From: Deltaproteobacteria bacterium TL4
GTDB lineage: Bacteria; SAR324; NAC60-12
Direction: 5' to 3'
Assembly: GCA_051382335.1 (NCBI GenBank)
Contig: JBBCAX010000051.1
Coordinates: forward strand, 1 to 20,605
Length of the DNA: 20,605 nucleotides
Below, in pieces: positions 1 through 7,373 of this stretch (the stretch's first letter is position 1; each line of letters opens with the position of its first letter). A program made the position numbers and the translations under genes. The notes beneath the pieces are model-generated. The model made no database searches. It was given only the letters and a program-made list of their open reading frames with translations, and had not been told where the DNA came from.

Positions 1-488
1 GACAGCTCAATGAAAAATTTGCGGAAACGAGCCGTATCATCAAAGAATTGTCAAAAAATATCGGAGGCTTGAATAACAAGTTTGGTTCCTTCACCGAAGG
101 GATGGCGTTTCCCTCCATCTCGAAAATCATGACAGAACGCTTTGGGATGGATACCTTTCTGACCCGTCTCCGCAAAAGAAAAGAGGAAAAGACTATGGAA
201 GTGGACGCGGTGGCCTATACGAATGGGACGGTGAATGAGTTGTATGTGATTGAAATCAAAAGTCGTCTGAAACAACGGGATTTGGACCAAACGCTGGAGA
301 TTCTGAAAAACTTCCGGATGTTTTTTCCGGAGTTTTCCGACAAAACCATCCGGGGAATGTTAGTCTATGTGGAGACCGAGTCTTCCGTGAGAGAGGACGT
401 GCTGCAATCGGGTCTGTATTTGGCCGCCATCCATGATGAAGTCTTTTCCCTTGAAACTCCCGCCAACTTTACGCCCAAAACCTTCTGA
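1..488 (+). CDS. DUF3782-like PD-(D/E)XK nuclease-fold protein, 5'-partial
   Basis: The frame is open from base 3 (QLNEKFAETSRIIKELSKNIGGLNNKFGSFTEGMAFPS), so the TTG at 48 is internal. A coiled-coil tail followed by 'GNKFGSFTEG'-like and 'EVDAVA...VIEIKSRL' motifs is typical of this family. Confidence 0.75.
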   Translation, partial: QLNEKFAETSRIIKELSKNIGGLNNKFGSFTEGMAFPSISKIMTERFGMDTFLTRLRKRKEEKTMEVDAVAYTNGTVNELYVIEIKSRLKQRDLDQTLEILKNFRMFFPEFSDKTIRGMLVYVETESSVREDVLQSGLYLAAIHDEVFSLETPANFTPKTF

Positions 489-532
489 TGGGTCTGTCCT
501 GGTCGCGAGACTTTCTACCATGTTTTCTCTTT

Positions 533-605
533 GTGGCGCGCTCGCTTCGCTCAAGCGGTGCCCTACCTTAAGTGGCGCGCTCGCTTCGCTTAAGCGGCAC
601 CCTGC
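533..605 (-). repeat. Tandem pair of 34-bp REP-like (GTAG-type) elements
   Basis: 533-566 gtggcgcgctcgcttcgctcaagcggtgccctac and 572-605 gtggcgcgctcgcttcgcttaagcggcaccctgc differ at 4 positions, with a period of 39. The reverse complement of copy 1 begins GTAG followed by an imperfect GC-rich palindrome. Confidence 0.7.
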
Positions 606-875
606 CAGGGTTCCTGCAAACCCGCTAAAATCCAGCGTTTATTTAGGAAAGATGTCTATTGAACAACAGCGGGAAACTTTGTATTAAATTTCAACGCTTG
701 ATTTAAAGTATTGTGATTTAGTTCAGTTTTGTTTAGGCATTGCTTCAGTGATGGCGTTTCTGCTAAAGGCGTGGTACCCCATCAACCTTAAAAAATGGCT
801 GGATGACAGCCTTCAGGAAAGAACCACCAGGGCCCAATGCCTGGAAAAAAAATCACAACCTGCTCTGTAATAAAA

Positions 876-1322
876 ATGGATGATTGTATTTTTTGCTCGA
901 TTGTTGAGGGGAAAGCCCCTAAAAGCTTAGTATATGAAGATGACTTGTGCAGTGTTTTTATGGATTTATTCCCGATGAGTCCAGGACATGTCTTGGTAGT
1001 TCCGAAGCAACATCAACCATTAGTTCAAGATTTGCGTGAAGACCTACAAGCACACTTGTTTTTAATCGCAAGTCAAGTTCGTCAGGCCATACAAAAGACG
1101 GAAATTCCTTGTGACGGAGCAAATTTTATAATCAATGACGGCAAAGCGGCGAATCAGGAAGTTCCTCACGTACATCTGCATGTGGTTCCTCGAACCAAAG
1201 GCGATGTGTTCCACCTCTTGGGACGTATTGCGCGGAAAGGCTTATCCGGTTTTGGGAAAAAACAATCTTACGAAAAACTAAACGAACAGGCACAGCAAAT
1301 TGGAAAATACATGCGTCCTTAG
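876..1322 (+). CDS. HIT (histidine triad) family protein
   Basis: N-terminal 'DCIFCSIV', 'PGHVLVVPKQH' and the triad 'QEVPHVHLHVVPR'. ATG 876 matches the usual family start; ATG 837 is an alternative. Confidence 0.93.
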   Translation: MDDCIFCSIVEGKAPKSLVYEDDLCSVFMDLFPMSPGHVLVVPKQHQPLVQDLREDLQAHLFLIASQVRQAIQKTEIPCDGANFIINDGKAANQEVPHVHLHVVPRTKGDVFHLLGRIARKGLSGFGKKQSYEKLNEQAQQIGKYMRP

Positions 1323-1379
1323 AATAGTAATTTGTGCTTCTCGTTTTAATTGACGCTATGTTTAGAAGGGATAGACTCA

Positions 1380-1823
1380 TTGGAAAATCGATTAAATAAT
1401 AGAATCATCTATGTTCACTATCTGACAGTTAAGTTTCGTAGTGATTTTTCACGCGGAAATATCATGGATCTTTCCATGAATGGAATGCAATTTCACTCTC
1501 GAATAGCCTTGGAAAAAGAAAAATATCGTGTCCGTTTCCACATTGAAAAAGAAAGGAACGTCAATGAACCTTTGGAAATCTGGACTCGGGAAGGTGTGAT
1601 CCAATGGAGTCGAAAACGAGACAATGGATACTTGATGGGGGTACAGTTTGATCCTGAATTAGATATCATTCCCGCCCAACATAAAAGTAAGCTCTATACC
1701 GAACCAGGTTATATCCGAAGTTTAATTGATGCTTATGACATGTGTCAGATCTTTATCTTTCCTTCTACTTTTTTGGGAGAGTCTCCTAACGAAGAACATA
1801 AAATTACAGATCACAACGAGTAA
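1380..1823 (+). CDS. PilZ domain protein (putative c-di-GMP receptor)
   Basis: RxxxR (RLNNR) and D/NxSxxG (DLSMNG) motifs, plus 'GVIQWSR...YLMGVQF'. TTG 1380 follows GAAGGG; the ORF track start is 1350. Confidence 0.75.
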   Translation: MENRLNNRIIYVHYLTVKFRSDFSRGNIMDLSMNGMQFHSRIALEKEKYRVRFHIEKERNVNEPLEIWTREGVIQWSRKRDNGYLMGVQFDPELDIIPAQHKSKLYTEPGYIRSLIDAYDMCQIFIFPSTFLGESPNEEHKITDHNE

Positions 1824-1879
1824 CTCCTTCTTTTTCGCAGGTCGGATTATTTTGAGATAATGTTTTAGTATAGGGGTTT

Positions 1880-2215
1880 ATGTTTCTCGATCACGAAGAA
1901 ATGGACGGATACGCTATTGTAACCATGGATGGTGATCTTTTGTCGGAACAAACGGCAATGGTGAAGGCGTACTTATTGGAGTTACTGAATCAAAACGTGG
2001 AACATGGAATTTTACTGGATATGCGAAAGGTAGGTTTCCTCAATTCGTCAGGCGTTGGGATGTTGGTCTCTTTCAATCGGTATCTTATGGATAGAAATAT
2101 GAAACTTGGAATGTATAACCTTAATAAAAGAAATCGTGATATTGTCAACATTACCCATTTGGATTTGATTCTGAATATTTTTTCCACCCGTGAAGAGGCT
2201 TTGTCCCAGGGATGA
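1880..2215 (+). CDS. STAS domain protein / anti-sigma factor antagonist
   Basis: 111 aa with 'ILLDMRKVGFLNSSGVGMLV' (DSSG-like phosphorylation loop) and a C-terminal 'IFSTREEAL'. RBS AGGGG. Confidence 0.9.
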   Translation: MFLDHEEMDGYAIVTMDGDLLSEQTAMVKAYLLELLNQNVEHGILLDMRKVGFLNSSGVGMLVSFNRYLMDRNMKLGMYNLNKRNRDIVNITHLDLILNIFSTREEALSQG

Positions 2216-2997
2216 GCAAAAGAAGCAACCGTTTTCTAAAGCAAATTTTTAAAATTCCCTGGGTTAAAGAGCGATGGTTGGAACGGTTCAACGCTATTGA
2301 AATGGACAGTATTCCCTGGACTCCTTTAACAAAGCCGTTACGAGAGTGTCGAATCGCGTTAATCACGACGGGGGGGGTTCATCTTAAAAAAGAGGCTCCG
2401 TTTGATATGAACGACGCGCATGGAGATCCCGACTACCGCATGATTCCCTCGAACGTTCTCCAGGCGGATTTGCAAATAACACACGATTACTATGACCACA
2501 GAGATGCGGATAAGGACATAAACCTGGTTTTCCCCATCGATATTTTAAGGAACTTACAACAAAGGGAAGAGCTCGGGCCTTCTGTAGAAACCTTTTATAG
2601 TTTTATGGGACATATTGAAGGACTCCACTTAACAACGCTTAAAGAAAAAACGGCCAAAGAGGTTGCCGCCCTGCTCAAACGACAACACGCCGAGATAGTG
2701 CTCCTTGTACCCGCCTGAGGCTTGTGCAACCAAACGGTCGGTTTGGTTCAACGTGAAATTGAAAACCAGGGGATTGTAACAGTCGGGATTTCCCTTGCGC
2801 GCAAGATCAGTGAGTCGGTGAAACCTCCCAGAACTTACTTTCTGAGGTATCCTTTTGGTCACGCGCTGGGAGAGGCGTTCAATGAAGCTCAGCAAACACA
2901 AATAGTTAAGGATTGTTTGGAGATCCTGACTTCCGCAAAGGAACCCGGCACGATTGTCGATAGTCCCTACCGCTGGCGCAAGCACCTATTTACCTAA
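2212..2997 (+). CDS. Selenoprotein of the glycine/sarcosine/betaine reductase B / D-proline reductase PrdB family (Sec at codon 169, 261 aa)
   Basis: ORFs 2212-2718 and 2722-2997 are in the same frame, separated by TGA 2716-2718, reading LLVPA-U-GLC-NQTVGLVQREIE (UxxC). Both halves look PrdB-like ('PWTPLTKPLRECRIALITTGGVH', 'DKDINLVFPID', 'PPRT...PFGHALG'). A SECIS-like hairpin follows the TGA. Confidence 0.9.
2728..2748 (+). promoter_or_regulatory. Bacterial SECIS-like hairpin
   Basis: Perfect 8-bp stem AACCAAAC/GTTTGGTT with a GGTCG loop. The loop starts with G, 17 nt after the UGA, which fits bacterial SECIS geometry. Confidence 0.8.
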
Positions 2998-4097
2998 ATA
3001 CTCAAAGGAATTTCCGGGTGTTCTTTGACAAATTTGATCATTGTATCCATATACTCATACACGCTCGGACAGGAGATCCCTGACCCTTTTAAAAAGGCTT
3101 CGGTATTTTGGCAGTCATAGATCGCTTTCTGCCCCAAGTAAAACACCCCGCTTTTAGCCAAACCCACCGACTTGAGCACACTTGCCGGAATGTTGTGGAC
3201 TTGATCTACTAACCATTTGGGAAGATACAGTGAGAACGAGGAGCCCAGGATTTTGGTACGAATCAAACAGAACAACTGATGGGAGGTTAACGGATATTTG
3301 TCAACCAAATGAAAGGTGTAACCCCTCGCCGCCGGATCGGAACCGAGGTGAACCATTGCTTTCGCGATAAAATCGACAGGTGTCATATTAAAGGGGGTGT
3401 AGCCATAGTCCCCAAAGGTTGGTACCAGGAATCCTGGTAGGCGACTCAGTTTTAAGAAAAGTCGGATCAGGTAATAAGGACCATCGTATTTAACAATTTT
3501 TCCAGTCTGTGAATCGCCAACAATTACGGCAGGTCTGAAGATAATAATGGGAATTTGGCTACTATAGCGTCGAACAAGAACTTCCGCTTCATATTTGGTA
3601 GACTCATAAAAATTATTAAATCCGCTGTCATGCTCCAGGTCTTGCTCATAGATCACTCCTTCACGTTTTCCAGAAACAACGATGCTGCTGACATGGTTGA
3701 GAACTTTAAGGTTTTTCACGGCGCAAGCAAAGTTGAGAACGTTCTCCGTTCCTGTGACGTTAACTTTTTTTGCCAAAGATTCTTCGGTTTCAAGGCGATA
3801 CAGGGCGGCAATATGAAAGATTTCGGTCGTTTCTTTGAGGAGTCGGTGATAGCTCATGGCGTCGAGTCCAAACTCATTCTTGGTCAAATCGCCCGTAACC
3901 ATAGAAACACACTGACGCCATTCACTCGAAAACCTGTTGATCAATGAACGTGCCTTGCCCTTGAACTCAGGTTGCACCAATACGGTAACCTGAACCTTTT
4001 CCTGAGGGTTCTTAAGCTCGTTTTGTTTTAATAACAACTCTAGCACTTCAGTTCCCAGAAACCCTGGAAACCCTGTTAAAAATATTTTTCTCCACAC
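2994..4097 (-). CDS. Extended SDR oxidoreductase (male-sterility/NAD_binding_4, thioester reductase-like)
   Basis: TGFPGFLG Rossmann motif, HIAALY, NVTGT, YESTK (YxxxK) and RPAVIVGDS. GTG start with AGGAG upstream. Confidence 0.9.
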   Translation of the reverse strand: MWRKIFLTGFPGFLGTEVLELLLKQNELKNPQEKVQVTVLVQPEFKGKARSLINRFSSEWRQCVSMVTGDLTKNEFGLDAMSYHRLLKETTEIFHIAALYRLETEESLAKKVNVTGTENVLNFACAVKNLKVLNHVSSIVVSGKREGVIYEQDLEHDSGFNNFYESTKYEAEVLVRRYSSQIPIIIFRPAVIVGDSQTGKIVKYDGPYYLIRLFLKLSRLPGFLVPTFGDYGYTPFNMTPVDFIAKAMVHLGSDPAARGYTFHLVDKYPLTSHQLFCLIRTKILGSSFSLYLPKWLVDQVHNIPASVLKSVGLAKSGVFYLGQKAIYDCQNTEAFLKGSGISCPSVYEYMDTMIKFVKEHPEIPLSI

Positions 4098-4342
4098 AAG
4101 CCTCAGCTCCTATTGTAAACGTTTCCTGTTTTTTCATGAGGCGTCCATTTCGCTTTGTTCCTGATTCAGCAAGTTAGAACACGACATGAGCTCTTTCTCT
4201 TTATAACAAACAAAAACAAGAGTGCAACCTCAATTGTCAGGGGTTAACCTTTCTTTCAAAACTAACAATCGAATATCGTTTAAATACAGGGAAACCAACC
4301 TCAACAATTTTTTAAAAAAAATAAAAAAAAGCTTGTTACGTT

Positions 4343-4393
4343 TTGAATAAAGTTTACTTATTGAACGAAATTTACTTATTGAATCCAATTCAA
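4343..4393. promoter_or_regulatory. Putative TetR operator array (three 18-bp-spaced TTGAA-N5-TTYAM sites)
   Basis: ttgaataaagtttactta | ttgaacgaaatttactta | ttgaatccaattcaa. The third unit is a perfect palindrome TTGAAT-cca-ATTCAA located 26 bp upstream of the tetR ATG. Confidence 0.55.
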
Positions 4394-4419
4394 AAAACTA
4401 AATTAAGGTAACAATTTCT

Positions 4420-5070
4420 ATGGGAACTGTTGAACGCAAGGCACGTTTGTTTGAACGCAGAGAGCACGAATTATTAAAGGCTGCGGCCCTTCTTTTTGAA
4501 GAAAAAGGCATGGATACGGTAAAAATGGAAGATATCGCGGAAAGAATGGAGATTTCTGTCGGTACGATTTATCAGCATTTCAAAAGTAAAAATGAAATAT
4601 ACGCACACCTTTACATCGAAAAGGACATTGAGCGTTTGAAACACATCAGCCAGATTGATCAGGATTTACCCATTATCGAACAACTCCGCACCCTCATCAA
4701 AAACTATGTGACCTATTATTTTGAGAATCCAACCGCCTATCAGATCTTAAAATCATGTGAAAAACGTTGTGCTTTGGAAAAGCTTCCTCCAGAGATGTTA
4801 AGAAAGTTCAATGAACAACGCCAGGCCGGTTTGGATTTTTCAGAAGTAATTTTACAGAAAGCGATGGAGGCCGGGATCTTGGCTAAAGCCCCGGTTTCCT
4901 ATTTGAGCTGCGCGGGTTGGGCCTTAATTCACGGTTCTTTGGAGCTGATGGGTTCGAATTATTATGAGGGGAAAATCAAGGATTGGGAAGATTATTTTAA
5001 TTTTTTGGAAAGCTATTTTATTCAAGGTTTAGTGAGTTTGTCAAACACCATAAAGCCAGCTATGAGTTAA
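4420..5070 (+). CDS. TetR/AcrR family transcriptional regulator
   Basis: N-terminal HTH 'AAALLFEEKGMDTVKMEDIAERMEISVGTIYQHFKSKNEI'. Confidence 0.95.
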   Translation: MGTVERKARLFERREHELLKAAALLFEEKGMDTVKMEDIAERMEISVGTIYQHFKSKNEIYAHLYIEKDIERLKHISQIDQDLPIIEQLRTLIKNYVTYYFENPTAYQILKSCEKRCALEKLPPEMLRKFNEQRQAGLDFSEVILQKAMEAGILAKAPVSYLSCAGWALIHGSLELMGSNYYEGKIKDWEDYFNFLESYFIQGLVSLSNTIKPAMS

Positions 5071-5118
5071 CATCTTCGCAGGAATTAACTCAGGCATGAT
5101 TTTAACGAGGGTAGGAAT

Positions 5119-6111
5119 ATGAAAAAAGTACTGGTCACAGGAGGGGCAGGATTTATTGGTTCTCAAGTCGTCCGAGAGTTATTGAATCGTAATGTTGAAG
5201 TCAGGGCAATGTTGCGCCCTGGCGAATCAGAAAAAAATATCAAGGGGTTAGGTGTCGAGATTGTTTCAGGAGACATTCTTGATAAAAAATTCGTGCTCCA
5301 AAGTGTCAGGGATATAGATACCGTATTTCATCTGGCGGCCATCTATTCTATTTGGATGCCAGACTGGAAACTCCTTTATGAAGTCAATCTGCAAGGAAGT
5401 CGTAATATTTTATGGTCCTGTCTCAAAACTGGAGTCAAAAAAGTAGTTTACACCAGTTCTATTGCGGCGTTAGGGATTGAGGAAGGTACCAAATTATCGA
5501 ATGAAGATTCGGAATTCAATCAATATGTTTCCAATCCCTATGTCCTTTCAAAATACCTCAGTCAGCAGGAAGCCCTGGGTTTTGCGGAAAATGGCTTAAA
5601 CCTTGTGGTTGTCAATCCGACCTTCCCCTTTGGGCCTGGAGACCAGGGGCCGACACCTACGGGAAAAATGTTATTGGATGTTATCAAAGGCTACAACCCT
5701 TTTCGACTCAACGCGGGATTTAATGTCGTGGATGTCAGGGATGTGGCGTTAGGGCATGTCTTGGCCGCAGAAAAGGGGAAATGTGGAGAAAAGTACATTT
5801 TGGGGAACAAAAATATCACGATTGATCAATTTTGTCAGTACGTAGAAGAAGCCGCCCATTTAAAGTTGAGACGGATTCCGATTTCGATTCCGACGCCAGT
5901 GATGTTAGGCGCAACCTCTTTACTGACGTGGTTTTCGGATCATGTCACACACAAACCTCCTATTTCAACACCTGCGGATGTGAAATATATTTCTCAATAC
6001 CTTTATTTTGACAATACCAAAGCCTGTCGTGATTTGGGCTTTTCACCCAGAGGGGTTAGAGAGTCGATCAGTGATTCGATAAAATGGTATAAGGACAATC
6101 ATTACGTTTAA
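5119..6111 (+). CDS. NAD-dependent epimerase/dehydratase, dihydroflavonol reductase/HpnA-like
   Basis: VTGGAGFIG, FHLAAIY, VYTSS, YVLSK, 'VVVNPTFPFGPGDQGPTPTG' and 'VVDVRDVALGHVLA'. Confidence 0.9.
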   Translation: MKKVLVTGGAGFIGSQVVRELLNRNVEVRAMLRPGESEKNIKGLGVEIVSGDILDKKFVLQSVRDIDTVFHLAAIYSIWMPDWKLLYEVNLQGSRNILWSCLKTGVKKVVYTSSIAALGIEEGTKLSNEDSEFNQYVSNPYVLSKYLSQQEALGFAENGLNLVVVNPTFPFGPGDQGPTPTGKMLLDVIKGYNPFRLNAGFNVVDVRDVALGHVLAAEKGKCGEKYILGNKNITIDQFCQYVEEAAHLKLRRIPISIPTPVMLGATSLLTWFSDHVTHKPPISTPADVKYISQYLYFDNTKACRDLGFSPRGVRESISDSIKWYKDNHYV

Positions 6112-6162
6112 CACAAGACATTCCCCTTCCCTGGGCAACCGCTTCATGACACAGGAGTCAAA

Positions 6163-7314
6163 ATGAGCACCTCCCCTTTAAATGGCTTAAAAATACTGGA
6201 TTTTTCAACCTTACTTCCCGGTCCTTACGCGACCATGGTTCTTGCTGATTTGGGCGCTGACGTTTTACGTATTGAAGCTCCCGGTCGTCCTGATCTGGTA
6301 CGCTTGCTCAGCAATGGCTCGCATGAGGTTCTCAATCGAAGTAAGCGGTGTCTCAGCCTCAATCTAAAAAAGCCTCAAGCGCTCAAGATCGTAAAAAAAT
6401 TAATACTTGAGTATGATATTGTGATTGAACAATTTCGTCCTGGAGTCATGAAGTCCCTGGGGTTGGATTATGACACCTTGAACGCGATCAATCCTGAATT
6501 AATCTACTGTTCCCTCACAGGTTATGGACAAACAGGCCCTTTGGCACAAAAAGCCGGTCATGACATCAATTACATGGCCCTGAGTGGACTCAACTCCTAT
6601 TCCGGCACCAAAGCGGGGGGACCTCCGGTCTTGGGATTCCAACTAGCGGATGTGGGAAGCGGTTCCATGTTTTCGCTCATCGGCATTTTATCGGCGGTTA
6701 TCCAGCGGCAGCAAACAGGCGAAGGACAGCAGATCGATATTTCCATGCACGATGGCTCCATTGCCTATTCCACCTTGCAAGCGGTTGAATGGCTGGAACA
6801 GGGGAAGAATCCCGATTATGAGTCCAACCTGTTGAATGGCGGGAGCTATTATAACAATTACCGTACCCGGGATGGTCGTTATCTTGCTGTGGGTTCTCTG
6901 GAACCGAAATTTTATCAACAACTGCTAATGGGGTTGGACTTGGTTGAAGAAGCCCGGAGTCATTCGCCGCAATCCGTGATTTCCTTGATCAGAGATCGGG
7001 TTGCTACCAAAACTTTAGCGGAGTGGACGCGCCTCTTTGAATCACTGGATGCGTGTGTTGAACCTGTACTCACCGTTGAAGAAGTGGAAAAACACCCTCA
7101 GGTGATAGCACGAAAAATGGTGATAGAGGTTTCCTCTATAGAAAACGACCGATCTTATAAGCAAATCGCGCATCCCATTAAATTTTCGAAGGCTGAACCC
7201 CGATACCGTTTTTCCGGGGCAGCAATAGGCCAACATAACCAGGAAGTCTTGGGGGAACTTGGTTACTCTCAGGAGGACATTGCTGAACTTGCTAAAAACG
7301 GAGTGTTTCAATGA
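6163..7314 (+). CDS. CaiB/BaiF CoA-transferase family III protein, alpha-methylacyl-CoA racemase (AMACR/MCR)-like
   Basis: 'LLPGPYATMVLADLGADVLRIE', 'NRSKR', 'EQFRPGVM' and 'SLTGYGQTGP'. The racemase-type 'AGHDINY' His motif and 'LADVGSG' Asp are present. RBS AGGAG. Confidence 0.88.
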   Translation: MSTSPLNGLKILDFSTLLPGPYATMVLADLGADVLRIEAPGRPDLVRLLSNGSHEVLNRSKRCLSLNLKKPQALKIVKKLILEYDIVIEQFRPGVMKSLGLDYDTLNAINPELIYCSLTGYGQTGPLAQKAGHDINYMALSGLNSYSGTKAGGPPVLGFQLADVGSGSMFSLIGILSAVIQRQQTGEGQQIDISMHDGSIAYSTLQAVEWLEQGKNPDYESNLLNGGSYYNNYRTRDGRYLAVGSLEPKFYQQLLMGLDLVEEARSHSPQSVISLIRDRVATKTLAEWTRLFESLDACVEPVLTVEEVEKHPQVIARKMVIEVSSIENDRSYKQIAHPIKFSKAEPRYRFSGAAIGQHNQEVLGELGYSQEDIAELAKNGVFQ

Positions 7315-7373
7315 AACTCATTACCGTGTAGTGAGTTTAAATCCTTATCTCATAACACATCAAAGGAGACCTT

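Noticed and set aside
433..687. 84-aa ORF with duplicated 'GALASLKR'
   Set aside because: It is simply the translation of the REP-like repeats and overlaps the DUF3782 gene.
533..790. Mini CRISPR array with an AT-rich leader
   Set aside because: Only two repeats with a 5-bp gap (no spacer) and no cas genes.
745..815. Possible fluoride riboswitch (CAGTGATGGCGTTTCTG ... GCTGGATGACAGCCT) upstream of the HIT gene
   Set aside because: There are insertions in the conserved GCUGAUGAC and pseudoknot segments, P1 is weak, and the downstream gene is not a typical fluoride-response gene. It would need an Rfam crcB hit.
2722..2997. Independent 91-aa gene, or a nonsense pseudogene
   Set aside because: Better explained as the C-terminal part of the selenoprotein after UGA recoding.
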